A stretch of DNA of 64,000 nucleotides, taken from Lingula anatina (Eukaryota > Animalia > Brachiopoda). The notes under the pieces were generated by a model, which saw only the letters and a list, made by a program, of their open reading frames with translations, was not told the origin of the DNA and did not search any database. A program made the translations under genes and the position numbers. The DNA lies in the NCBI GenBank assembly GCA_051362555.1, contig CM120648.1, positions 14,442,587 through 14,506,586 of the forward strand. Direction: 5' to 3'. Below, in pieces: positions 24,771 through 39,545 of the stretch (positions within the stretch are counted from its first letter, which is position 1; each line of letters begins with the position of its first letter).

Positions 24771-27700
24771 TTCAATATAATTTTCAGTTTTCTAAAATAT
24801 ATCGTCCAAAAAAATCGTTTTTAGTGGTCACAGTCAACTAATAACCTTATCACTGATTTTTATTATTGTTCAGCATCATTTGTCCAAATTTCAAAAACAT
24901 TGGAGTAGATTTGTTAAAATTATTTTTGTTTAACTATTTGATATATTGCTCATTTCCAGGTGACCCTTTCCATAAAGTGTGGTGGCTTCTTGGTGAACCC
25001 ACTCTTCCTCTCTGGACACGGTTAATTCCTATGGAAAAAGCAGGCATTAAAAGTCAGTAGCGAGACAGCGCTATGTCTCATCCATTTGTAGAATATATTG
25101 TATGAGGCAAGATTTAGGACATTGTCAAATGTTGTGCTAAACCTGATTCCAGAAATCCACTGTAAGGAGGAATCTGCATCTGGTATTGGTAGTATGTAGA
25201 AGTTTTGAATGGGTATGTATTGTTTTCCAGATGATATATATGGGTAATTTGGCACCTCTTACACAAACAAACTCAAATCGTAATATTTCTTGTTTCATTT
25301 TAGACTGGCTGATATGTTGTGAAATCGTAAAATTTGTTTTCGGTAATTCTACCTCTTGTCGAACAAATTGCTAATGAACACCACTTCTACTACACACGGT
25401 CAACTGTTAAGCTTATCACAGATATTTATTGTTGTTAAGCATCATTTGTACAAATTTCACAAATATTGGAGTAGATTTGTCAAAATTATTAGCGTTTAAC
25501 TATTTTATGTCATGGAATTTGCCAGTCTTTTCAATGTAATTTTCAGTTTTCTAAAATGTATCGTCCAAAAAAATAGTTTTTAGTGGACACAGTCAACTGA
25601 TAACCTTATCACTGATTTCTATAATTGTTCAGCATCATATGTTTAAATTTCACCAATGTTGGACTAGATTTGTCAAAATTATTAACGTTTAACTATTTTA
25701 TGTCATGGAATTTGCCAGTCTTTTCAATGTAATTTTCAGTTTTCTAAAATATATCGTCCAAAAAAATAGTTTTTAGTGCACACAGTCAAATGATAACCTT
25801 ATCACTGATTTTTATAATTGTTCAGCATCATATGTTTAAATTTCACCAATGTTGGACTAGATTTGTCAAAATTATTAGCGTTTAACTATTTTATGTCATG
25901 GAATTTGCCAGTCTTTTCAATGTAATTTTCAGTTTTCTAAAATATATTGTCCAAAAAAATCGTTTTTAGTGGACACAGTCAACTGATAACCTTATCACTG
26001 ATTTCTATAATTGTTCAGCATCATATGTTTAAATTTCACCAATGTTGGACTAGATTTGTCAAAATTATTAACGTTTAACTATTTTATGTCTTCGAATTTG
26101 TCAGTCTTTTCAATGTTATTTTCAGTTTTCTAAAATATATCATCCATTAAAAATCGTTTTAAGTGGACACAGTCAACTGATAAGCTTCTCACTGATTTTT
26201 ATATATGTTCAGCATCATATGTTTAAATTTCACCATTATTGGACTAGATTTGTTAAAGTTATTAACGTTTAACTATTTTATGTCTTGGAATTAGTCAGCC
26301 TTTTCAATGTTATTTTCAGTTTTCTCAAATATATATGTTCAGACAAAATCTTTTTTATTTTACACAGTCAACTGCTAAGCTTATCACAGATTTTTATTGT
26401 TGTTCAGCATCATTTGCACAAATTTCAACATTATTGGACTAGATTTGTCAAAATTATTAGCGTTTAACTATTTTATGTCTTGGAATTTGCCAGTCTTTTC
26501 AATGTAATTTTCAGTTTTCTAAAATATATCGTCCAAAAAAAATCGTTTTTAGTGGACACAGTCAACTGATACCCTTATCACTGATTTTTATTATTGTTCA
26601 GCATCATTTGTCCAAATTTCACAAATATTGGACTAGATTTGTCAAAATTATTAACGTTTAACTATTTGATATATTGCTCATTTCCAGGTGACCCTTTCCA
26701 TAAAGTGTGGTGGCCTCTTGGTGAACAGACTCTTCCTCTCTGGACACGGCTAATTCCCATGGAAAAAGCAAGCATTGAAAGTCAGTAGCGGGACAGCGCT
26801 ATGTCTCATCCATTTGTAGAATATATTGTATGAGGCAAGATTTAGGACATTGTCAAATGTTGTGCTAAACCTGATTCCAGAAATCCACTGTAAGGAGGAA
26901 TCTGCATCTGGTATTGGTAGTATGTAGAAGTCTTGAATGGGTATGTATTGTTCTCCAGATGATATATATGGGTAATTTGGCACCTATTACACAAACAAAC
27001 TCAAATCGTAATATTTCTTGTTTCATTTTAGACTGACTGATATGTTATGAAATCGTAAAATTTGTATTCGGTAATTCTACCTCTTGTCGAACAAATTGCT
27101 AATGAACACCACTTCTACTACACACGGTCAACTGATAACCTTATCACAGATATTTATTGTTGTTAAGCATCATTTGTACAAATTTCACAACTATTGGAGT
27201 AGATTTGTCAAAATTATTAGCGTTTAACTATTTTATGTCATGGAATTTGCCAGTCTTTTCAATGTAATTTTCAGTTTTCTAAAATATATCGTCCAAAAAA
27301 GTAGTTTTTAGTGGACACAGTCAACTGATAACCTTATCACTGATTTTTATAATTGTTCAGCATCATATGTTTAAATTTCACCAATGTTGGACTAGATTTG
27401 TCAAAATTATTAACGTTTAACTATTTTATGTCATGGAATTTGCCAGTCTTTTTAATGTAATTTTCAGTTTTCTAAAATATATCGTCCAAAAAAATAGTTT
27501 TTAGTGGACACAGTCAACTGATAACCTTATCACTGATTTTTATAATTGTTCAGCATCATATGTTTAAATTTCACCAATGTTGGACTAGATTTGTCAAAAT
27601 TATTAGCGTTTAACTATTTTATGTCATGGAATTTGCCAGTCTTTTAAATGTAATTTTCAGTTTTCTAAAATATATCGTCCAAAAAAATCGTTTTTAGTGG

Positions 27701-28909
27701 ACACAGTCAACTGATAAGCTTCTCACTGATTTTTATAATTGTTCAGCATCATATGTTTAAATTTCACCATTATTGGACTAGATTTGTCAAAGTGATTAAC
27801 GTTTAACTATTTTATGTCTTGGAATTAGTCAGCCTTTTCAATGTTATTTTCAGTTTTCTAAAATATATCATCCATTAAAAATCGTTTTAAGTGGACACAG
27901 TCAACTGATAAGCTTCTCACTGATTTTTATATATGTTCAGCATCATATGTTTAAATTTCACCATTATTGGACTACATTTGTCAAAGTTATTAACGTTTAA
28001 CTATTTTATGTCTTGGAATTAGTCAGCCTTTTCAATGTTATTTTCAGTTTTCTCAAATATATATGTTCAGACAAAATCTTTTTTATTTTACACAGTCAAC
28101 TGCTAAGCTTATCACAGATTTTTATTGTTGTTCAGCATCATTTGCACAAATTTCACCATTATTGGACTAGATTTGTCAAAATTATTAGCGTTTAACTATT
28201 TTATGTCTTGGAATTTGCCAGTCTTTTCAATGTAATTTTCAGTTTTCTAAAAATATCGTCCAAAAAAAATTGTTTTTAGTGGACACAGTCAACTGATACC
28301 CTTATCACTGATTTTTATTATTATTCAGCATCATTTGTCCAAATTTCACAAATATTGGACTAGATTTGTCAAAATTATTAACGTTTAACTATTTGATATA
28401 TTGCTCATTTCCAGGTGACCCTTTCCATAAAGTGTGGTGGCCTCTTGGTGAACAGACTCTTCCTCTCTGGACACGGCTAATTCCCATGGAAAAAGCAAGC
28501 ATTGATAGTCAGTAGCGGGACAGCGCTATGTCTCATCCATTTGTAGAATATATTGTATGAGGCAAGATTTAGGACATTGTCAAATGTTGTGCTAAACCTG
28601 ATTCCAGAAATCCACTGTAAGGAGGAATCTGCATCTGGTATTGGTAGTATGTAGAAGTCTTGAATGGGTATGTATTGTTTTCCAGATGACATATATGGGT
28701 AATTTGGCACCTCTTACACAAACAAACTCAAATCGTAATATTTTTTGTTTTATTTTAGACTGAATGATATGTTGTGAAATCGTAAAATTTGTTTTCGATA
28801 ATTCTACCTCTTGTCGAACAAATTTCTAATGAACAACACTTCTATGACACACTGTCAATCAAAAAGCTTATCACAGATTTTTATTGTTGTCGTGCATCAT
28901 TTGCACAAA

Positions 28910-31900
28910 TTTCACCATTATTGGACTAGATTTGTCAAAATGATTAACGTTTAACTATTTTATGTCTTGGAATTAGTCAGCCTTTTCAATGTTATTTTCA
29001 GTTTTCTAAAATATATCATCCATTAAAAATCGTTTTTAGTGCACACAGTCAACTGATAACCTTATCACTGATTTTTATAATTGTTCAGCATCATATGTTT
29101 AAATTTCACCAATGTTGGACTAGATTTGTCAAAATTATTAGCGTTTAACTATTTTATGTCTTGGAATTTGCCAGTCTTTTCAATGTAATTTTCAGTTTTC
29201 TAAAATATATCGTCCAAAAAAAATAGTTTTTAGTGCACACAGTCAATTGATAACCTTATCACTGATTTCTATCATTGTTCAGCATCGTTTGTCCAAATTT
29301 CACAAATATTGGACTAGATTTGTCAAAATTATTAGCGTTTAACTATTTTATGTCATGGAATTTGCCAGTCTTTTCAATGTTATTTTCAGTTTTCTAAAAT
29401 ATATCGTCCAAAAAAATCGTTTTTAGTGGACAAAGTCAATTGATAACCTCATCACTGATTTTTATTATTGTTCAGCATCATTTGTCCAAATTTCACAAAT
29501 ATTGGACTAGATTTGTCAAAATTATTAACGTTTAACTATTTGATATATTGCTCATTTCCAGGTGACCCTTTCCATACAGTGTGGTGGCTTCTTGGTGAAC
29601 TGACTCTTCCTCTCTGGACTCAGCTAATTCCTATGGAAAAAGCAGGCACTGAAAGACAGTAGCAAGAGCAGCGCTATGTCTCATCCATGTGTAGAATATA
29701 TTGTATGAGGCAAGATTTAGGACATTGTCAAATGTTGTGCTAAACCTGATTCCAGAAACCCACTGTAAGGAGGAATCTGCATCTGGTATTGGTAGTATTT
29801 AGAAGTTAAGAATGGGTATGTATTGTTTTCCAGATGATATATATGGGTAATTTGGCACCTCTTACACAAACAAACTCAAATCATAATATTTCTTGTTTCA
29901 TTTTAGACTGGCTGATATGTTGTGAAATCGTAAAATTTGTTTTCGGTAATTCTACCTCTTGTCGAACAAATTGCTAATGAACACCACTTCTACTACACAC
30001 GGTCAACTGTTAAGCTTATCACAGATATTTATTGTTGTTAAACATCATTTGCACAAATTTCACAAATATTGGAGTAGATTTGTCAAAATTATTAGCGTTT
30101 AACTATTTTATGTCATGGAATTTGCCAGTCTTTTCAATGTAATTTTCAGTTTTCTAAAATATATCGTCTAAAAAAATAGTTTATAGTGGACACAGTCAAC
30201 TGATAACCTTATCACTGATTTTTATAATTGTTCAGCATCATATGTTTAAATTTCACCAATGTTGGACTAGATTTGTCAAAATTATTAGCGTTTAACTATT
30301 TTATGTCTTGGAATTTGACAGTCTTTTCAATGTAATTTTCAGTTTTCTAAAATATATCGTCCAAAAAAAATAGTTTTTAGTGCACACAGTCAATTGATAA
30401 CCTTATCACTGATTTCTATTATTGTTCAGCATCGTTTGTCCAAATTTCACAAATATTGGACTAGATTTGTCAAAATTGTTAACATTTAACTATTTTATGC
30501 CTTGGAATTTGCCAGTCTTTTCAATGTAATTTTCAGTTTTCTTAAATATATTATTCGAAAAAATTGTTTTCAGAGGACTCTGTCAACTGATAACCTTATC
30601 AATGATTTTTATAATTGTTCAGCATCATATGTTTAAATTTCACCAATGTTGGACTAGATTTGTCAAAATTATTAGCGTTTAACTATTTTATGTCATGGAA
30701 TTTGCCAGTCTTTTCAATGTAATTTTCAGTTTTCTAAAATATATCGTCCAAAAAATAGTTTTTAGTGGACACAGTCAACTGATAACCTTATCAATGATTT
30801 TTATAATTGTTCAGCATCATATGTTTAAATTTCACCAATGTTGGACTAGATTTGTCAAAATTATTAGCGTTTAACTATTTTATGTCTTGGAATTAGTCAG
30901 CCTTTTCAATGTTATTTTCAGTTTTCTAAAATATATATGTTCAGACAAAATCTTTTTTATTTTGCACAATCACCTGCTAAGCTTATCACAGATTTTTATT
31001 GTTGTTCAGCATCATTTGCACAAATTTCAGCATTATTGGACTAGATTTGTCAAAATTATTAGCGTTGAACTATTTGATATATTGCTCATTTCCAGGTGAC
31101 CCTTTCCATACAGTGTGGTGGCTTCTTGGTGAACTGACTCTTCCTCTCTGGACTCAGCTAATTCCTATGGAAAAAGCAGGCACTGAAAGACAGTAGCAAG
31201 AGCAGCGCTATGTCTCATCCATGTGTAGAATATATTGTATGAGGCAAGATTAAGGACATTGTCAAATGTTGTGCTAAACCTGATTCCAAAAACCCACTGT
31301 AAGGAGGAATCTGCATCTGGTATTGGTAGTATGTAGAAGTCTTGAATGGGTATGTATTGTTTTCCAGATGATATATATGGGTAATTTGGCACCTCTTACA
31401 CAAACTCAATTCGTAATATTTCTTGTTTCATTTTAGACTGAATGATATGTTGTGAAATCGTAAAATATGTTTTCGGTAATTCTACCTCTTGTCGGACAAA
31501 TTTCTAATGAACAACACTTCTATGACACACTGTCAACTGATAAGCTTATTAGAGATATTTATTGTTGTTAAGCATCATTTGCACAAATTTCACCAATGTT
31601 GGACTAGATTTGTCAAAATTATTAGCGTTTAACTATTTTATGTCATTGAATTTGCCATTCTTTTCAATGTAATTTTCAGTTTTCTAAAATATATCGTCCA
31701 AAAAAATAGTTTTTAGTGCACACAGTCAACTGATAACCTTATCAATGATTTTTATAATTGTTCAGCATCATATGTTTAAATTTCACCAATGTTGGACTAG
31801 ATTTGTCAAAATTATTAGCGTTTAACTATTTTATGTCATGGAATTTGCCAGTCTTTTCAATATAATTTTCAGTTTTCTAAAATATATCGTCCAAAAAAAT

Positions 31901-34900
31901 CGTTTTTAGTGGTCACAGTCAACTAATAACCTTATCACTGATTTTTATTATTGTTCAGCATCATTTGTCCAAATTTCAAAAACATTGGAGTAGATTTGTT
32001 AAAATTATTTTTGTTTAACTATTTGATATATTGCTCATTTCCAGGTGACCCTTTCCATAAAGTGTGGTGGCTTCTTGGTGAACCCACTCTTCCTCTCTGG
32101 ACACGGTTAATTCCTATGGAAAAAGCAGGCATTAAAAGTCAGTAGCGAGACAGCGCTATGTCTCATCCATTTGTAGAATATATTGTATGAGGCAAGATTT
32201 AGGACATTGTCAAATGTTGTGCTAAACCTGATTCCAGAAATCCACTGTAAGGAGGAATCTGCATCTGGTATTGGTAGTATGTAGAAGTTTTGAATGGGTA
32301 TGTATTGTTTTTCAGATGATATATATGGGTAATTTGGCACCTCTTACACAAACAAACTCAAATCGTAATATTTCTTGTTTCATTTTAGACTGGCTGATAT
32401 GTTGTGAAATCGTAAAATTTGTTTTCGGTAATTCTACCTCTTGTCGAACAAATTGCTAATGAACACCACTTCTACTACACACGGTCAACTGTTAAGCTTA
32501 TCACAGATATTTATTGTTGTTAAGCATCATTTGTACAAATTTCACAAATATTGGAGTAGATTTGTCAAAATTATTAGCGTTTAACTATTTTATGTCATGG
32601 AATTTGCCAGTCTTTTCAATGTAATTTTCTGTTTTCTAAAATATATCGTCCAAAAAAATAGTTTTTAGTGGACACAGTCAAATGATAACCTTATCACTGA
32701 TTTTTATAATTGTTCAGCATCATATGTTTAAATTTCACCAATGTTGGACTAGATTTGTCAAAATTATTAGCGTTTAACTATTTTATGTCATGGAATTTGC
32801 CAGTCTTTTCAATGTAATTTTCAGTTTTCTAAAATATATTGTCCAAAAAAAATAGTTTTTAGTGGACACAGTCAACTGATAACCTTATCACTGATTTCTA
32901 TAATTGTTCAGCATCATATGTTTAAATTTCACCAATGTTGGACTAGATTTGTCAAAATTATTAACGTTTAACTATTTTATGTCTTGGAATTTGTCAGTCT
33001 TTTCAATGTTATTTTCAGTTTTCTAAAATATATCATCCATTAAAAATCGTTTTAAGTGGACACAGTCAACTGATAAGCTTCTCACTGATTTTTATATATG
33101 TTCAGCATCATATGTTTAAATTTCACCATTATTGGACTAGATTTGTTAAAGTTATTAACGTTTAACTATTTTATGTCTTGGAATTAGTCAGCCTTTTCAA
33201 TGTTATTTTCAGTTTTCTCAAATATATATGTTCAGACGAAATCTTTTTTATTTTACACAGTCAACTGCTAAGCTTATCACAGATTTTTATTGTTGTTCAG
33301 CATCATTTGCACAAATTTCAACATTATTGGACTAGATTTGTCAAAATTATTAGCGTTTAACTATTTTATGTCTTGGAATTTGCCAGTCTTTTCAATGTAA
33401 TTTTCAGTTTTCTAAAATATATCGTCCAAAAAAAATCGTTTTTAGTGGACACAGTCAACTGATACCCTTATCACTGATTTTTATTATTATTCAGCATCAT
33501 TTGTCCAAATTTCACAAATATTGGACTAGATTTGTCAAAATTATTAACGTTTAACTATTTGATATATTGCTCATTTCCAGGTGACCCTTTCCATAAAGTG
33601 TGGTGGCCTCTTGGTGAACAGACTCTTCCTCTCTGGACACGGCTAATTCCCATGGAAAAAGCAAGCATTGAAAGTCAGTAGCGGGACAGCGCTATGTCTC
33701 ATCCATTTGTAGAATATATTGTATGAGGCAAGATTTAGGACATTGTCAAATGTTGTGCTAAACCTGATTCCAGAAATCCACTGTAAGGAGGAATCTGCAT
33801 CTGGTATTGGTAGTATGTAGAAGTCTTGAATGGGTATGTATTGTTCTCCAGATGATATATATGGGTAATTTGGCACCTATTACACAAACAAACTCAAATC
33901 GTAATATTTCTTGTTTCATTTTAGACTGACTGATATGTTATGAAATCGTAAAATTTGTATTCGGTAATTCTACCTCTTGTCGAACAAATTGCTAATGAAC
34001 ACCACTTCTACTACACACGGTCAACTGATAACCTTATCACAGATATTTATTGTTGTTAAGCATCATTTGTACAAATTTCACAACTATTGGAGTAGATTTG
34101 TCAAAATTATTAGCGTTTAACTATTTTATGTCATGGAATTTGCCAGTCTTTTCAATGTAATTTTCTGTTTTCTAAAATATATCGTCCAAAAAAATAGTTT
34201 TTAGTGGACACAGTCAAATGATAACCTGATCACTGATTTTTATAATTGTTCAGCATCATATGTTTAAATTTCACCAATGTTGGACTAGATTTGTCAAAAT
34301 TATTAGCGTTTAACTATTTTATGTCATGGAATTTGCCAGTCTTTTCAATGTAATTTTCAGTTTTCTAAAATATATTGTCCAAAAAAAATAGTTTTTAGTG
34401 GACACAGTCAACTGATAACCTTATCACTGATTTCTATAATTGTTCAGCATCATATGTTTAAATTTCACCAATGTTGGACTAGATTTGTCAAAATTATTAA
34501 CGTTTAACTATTTTATGTCTTCAAATTTGTCAGTCTTTTCAATGTTATTTTCAGTTTTCTAAAATATATCATCCATTAAAAATCGTTTTAAGTGGACACA
34601 GTCAACTGATAAGCTTCTCACTGATTTTTATATATGTTCAGCATCATATGTTTAAATTTCACCATTATTGGACTAGATTTGTTAAAGTTATTAACGTTTA
34701 ACTATTTTATGTCTTGGAATTAGTCAGCCTTTTCAATGTTATTTTCAGTTTTCTCAAATATATATGTTCAGACGAAATCTTTTTTATTTTACACAGTCAA
34801 CTGCTAAGCTTATCACAGATTTTTATTGTTGTTCAGCATCATTTGCACAAATTTCAACATTATTGGACTAGATTTGTCAAAATTATTAGCGTTTAACTAT

Positions 34901-37900
34901 TTTATGTCTTGGAATTTGCCAGTCTTTTCAATGTAATTTTCAGTTTTCTAAAATATATCGTCCAAAAAAAATCGTTTTTAGTGGACACAGTCAACTGATA
35001 CCCTTATCACTGATTTTTATTATTATTCAGCATCATTTGTCCAAATTTCACAAATATTGGACTAGATTTGTCAAAATTATTAACGTTTAACTATTTGATA
35101 TATTGCTCATTTCCAGGTGACCCTTTCCATAAAGTGTGGTGGCCTCTTGGTGAACAGACTCTTCCTCTCTGGACACGGCTAATTCCCATGGAAAAAGCAA
35201 GCATTGAAAGTCAGTAGCGGGACAGCGCTATGTCTCATCCATTTGTAGAATATATTGTATGAGGCAAGATTTAGGACATTGTCAAATGTTGTGCTAAACC
35301 TGATTCCAGAAATCCACTGTAAGGAGGAATCTGCATCTGGTATTGGTAGTATGTAGAAGTCTTGAATGGGTATGTATTGTTCTCCAGATGATATATATGG
35401 GTAATTTGGCACCTATTACACAAACAAACTCAAATCGTAATATTTCTTGTTTCATTTTAGACTGACTGATATGTTATGAAATCGTAAAATTTGTATTCGG
35501 TAATTCTACCTCTTGTCGAACAAATTGCTAATGAACACCACTTCTACTACACACGGTCAACTGATAACCTTATCACAGATATTTATTGTTGTTAAGCATC
35601 ATTTGTACAAATTTCACAACTATTGGAGTAGATTTGTCAAAATTATTAGCGTTTAACTATTTTATGTCATGGAATTTGCCAGTCTTTTCAATGTAATTTT
35701 CTGTTTTCTAAAATATATCGTCCAAAAAAATAGTTTTTAGTGGACACAGTCAAATGATAACCTTATCACTGATTTTTATAATTGTTCAGCATCATATGTT
35801 TAAATTTCACCATTATTGGACTAGATTTGTCAAAGTGATTAACGTTTAACTATTTTATGTCTTGGAATTAGTCAGCCTTTTCAATGTTATTTTCAGTTTT
35901 CTAAAATATATCATCCATTAAAAATCGTTTTTAGTGCACACAGTCAACTGATAACCTTATCACTGATTTTTATAATTGTTCAGCATCATATGTTTAAATT
36001 TCACCAATGTTGGACTAGATTTGTCAAAATTATTAGCGTTTAACTATTTTATGTCTTGGAATTTGCCAGTCTTTTCAATGTAATTTTCAGTTTTCTAAAA
36101 TATATCGTCCAAAAAAAATAGTTTTTAGTGCACACAGTCAATTGATAACCTTATCACTGATTTCTATCATTCTTCAGCATCGTTTGTCCAAATTTCACAA
36201 ATATTGGACTAGATTTGTCAAAATTATTAGCGTTTAACTATTTTATGTCATGGAATTTGCCAGTCTTTTCAATGTAATTTTCAGTTTTCTAAAATATATC
36301 GTCCAAAAAAATCGTTTTTAGTGGACACAGTCAATTGATAACCTCATCACTGATTTTTATTATTGATCAGCATCATTTGTCCAAATTTCACAAATATTGG
36401 ACTAGATTTGTCAAAATTATTAACGTTTAACTATTTGATATATTGCTCATTTCCAGGTGACCCTTTCCATACAGTGTGGTGGCTTCTTGGTGAACTGACT
36501 CTTCCTCTCTGGACTCAGCTAATTCCTATGGAAAAAGCAGGCACTGAAAGACAGTAGCAAGAGCAGCGCTATGTCTCATCCATGTGTAGAATATATTGTA
36601 TGAGGCAAGATTTAGGACATTGTCAAATGTTGTGCTAAACCTGATTCCAGAAACCCACTGTAAGGAGGAATCTGCATCTGGTATTGGTAGTATTTAGAAG
36701 TTAAGAATGGGTATGTATTGTTTTCCAGATGATATATATGGGTAATTTGGCACCTCTTACACAAACACACTCAAATCATAATATTTCTTGTTTCATTTTA
36801 GACTGGCTGATATGTTGTGAAATCGTAAAATTTGTTTTCGGTAATTCTACCTCTTGTCGAACAAATTGCTAATGAACACCACTTCTACTACACACGGTCA
36901 ACTGTTAAGCTTATCACAGATATTTATTGTTGTTAAACATCATTTGCACAAATTTCACAAATATTGGAGTAGATTTGTCAAAATTATTAGCGTTTAACTA
37001 TTTTATGTCATGGAATTTGCCAGTCTTTTCAATGTAATTTTCAGTTTTCTAAAATATATCGTCTAAAAAAATAGTTTTTAGTGGACACAGTCAACTGATA
37101 ACCTTATCAATGATTTTTATAATTGTTCAGCATCATATGTTTAAATTTCACCAATGTTGGACTAGATTTGTCAAAATTATTAGCGTTTAACTATTTTATG
37201 TCTTGGAATTTGCCAGTCTTTTCAATGTAATTTTCAGTTTTCTAAAATATATCGTCCAAAAAAAATAGTTTTTAGTGCACACAGTCAATTGATAACCTTA
37301 TCACTGATTTCTATTATTGTTCAGCATCGTTTGTCCAAATTTCACCAATGTTGGACTAGATTTGTCAAAATTGTTAACATTTAACTATTTTATGCCTTGG
37401 AATTTGCCAGTCTTTTCAATGTAATTTTCAGTTTTCTTAAATATATTATTCGAAAAAATTGTTTTCAGAGGACTCTGTCAATTGATAACCTTATCAATGA
37501 TTTTTATAATTGTTCAGCATCATATGTTTAAATTTCACCAATGTTGGACTAGATTTGTCAAAATTATTAGCGTTAAACTATTTTATGTCATGGAATTTGC
37601 CAGTCTTTTCAATGTAATTTTCAGTTTTCTAAAATATATCGTCCAAAAAATAGTTTTTAGTGGACAAAGTCAACTGATAACCTTATCAATGATTTTTATA
37701 ATTGTTCAGCATCATATGTTTAAATTTCACCAATGTTGGACTAGATTTGTCAAAATTATTAGCGTTTAACTATTTTATGTCTTGGAATTAGTCAGCCTTT
37801 TCAATGTTATTTTCAGTTTTCTAAAATATATATGTTCAGACAAAATCTTTTTTATTTTGCACAATCACCTGCTAAGCTTATCACAGATTTTTATTGTTGT

Positions 37901-39545
37901 TCAGCATCATTTGCACAAATTTCAGCATTATTGGACTAGATTTGTCAAAATTATTAGCGTTGAACTATTTGATATATTGCTCATTTCCAGGTGACCCTTT
38001 CCATACAGTGTGGTGGCTTCTTGGTGAACTGACTCTTCCTCTCTGGACTCAGCTAATTCCTATGGAAAAAGCAGGCACTGAAAGACGGTAGCAAGAGCAG
38101 CGCTATGTCTCATCCATGTGTAGAATATATTGTATGAGGCAAGATTTAGGACATTGTCAAATGTTGTGCTAAACCTGATTCCAAAAACCCACTGTAAGGA
38201 GGAATCTGCATCTGGTATTGGTAGTATGTAGAAGTCTTGAATGGGTATGTATTGTTTTCCAGATGATATATATGGGTAATTTGGCACCTCTTACACAAAC
38301 TCAATTCGTAATATTTCTTGTTTCATTTTAGACTGAATGATATGTTGTGAAATCGTAAAATATGTTTTCGGTAATTCTACCTCTTGTCGGACAAATTTCT
38401 AATGAACAACACTTCTATGACACACTGTCAACTGATAAGCTTATTAGAGATATTTATTGTTGTTAAGCATCATTTGCACAAATTTCACCAATGTTGGACT
38501 AGATTTGTCAAAATTATTAGCGTTTAACTATTTTATGTCATTGAATTTGCCATTCTTTTCAATGTAATTTTCAGTTTTCTAAAATATATCGTCCAAAAAA
38601 ATAGTTTTTAGTGCACACAGTCAACTGATAACCTTATCAATGATTTTTATAATTGTTCAGCATCATATGTTTTAATTTCACCAATGTTGGACTAGATTTG
38701 TCAAAATTATTAGCGTTTAACTATTTTATGTCATGGAATTTGCCAGTCTTTTCAATATAATTTTCAGTTTTCTAAAATATATCGTCCAAAAAAATCGTTT
38801 TTAGTGGTCACAGTCAACTAATAACCTTATCACTGATTTTTATTATTGTTCAGCATCATTTGTCCAAATTTCAAAAACATTGGAGTAGATTTGTTAAAAT
38901 TATTTTTGTTTAACTATTTGATATATTGCTCATTTCCAGGTGACCCTTTCCATAAAGTGTGGTGGCTTCTTGGTGAACCCACTCTTCCTCTCTGGACACG
39001 GTTAATTCCTATGGAAAAAGCAGGCATTAAAAGTCAGTAGCGAGACAGCGCTATGTCTCATCCATTTGTAGAATATATTGTATGAGGCAAGATTTAGGAC
39101 ATTGTCAAATGTTGTGCTAAACCTGATTCCAGAAATCCACTGTAAGGAGGAATCTGCATCTGGTATTGGTAGTATGTAGAAGTTTTGAATGGGTATGTAT
39201 TGTTTTCCAGATGATATATATGGGTAATTTGGCACCTCTTACACAAACAAACTCAAATCGTAATATTTCTTGTTTCATTTTAGACTGGCTGATATGTTGT
39301 GAAATCGTAAAATTTGTTTTCGGTAATTCTACCTCTTGTCGAACAAATTGCTAATGAACACCACTTCTACTACACACGGTCAACTGTTAAGCTTATCACA
39401 GATATTTATTGTTGTTAAGCATCATTTGTACAAATTTCACAAATATTGGAGTAGATTTGTCAAAATTATTAGCGTTTAACTATTTTATGTCATGGAATTT
39501 GCCAGTCTTTTCAATGTAATTTTCTGTTTTCTAAAATATATCGTC
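28910..39545. repeat. Long-range duplication, offset 6895 bp, with a nested 1536-bp duplication (boundaries approximate)
   Basis: ORF pairs 29468/36363, 30887/37782 and 31951/38846 are all offset by 6895. 33178/34714 and 33643/35179 are offset by 1536. Confidence 0.8.
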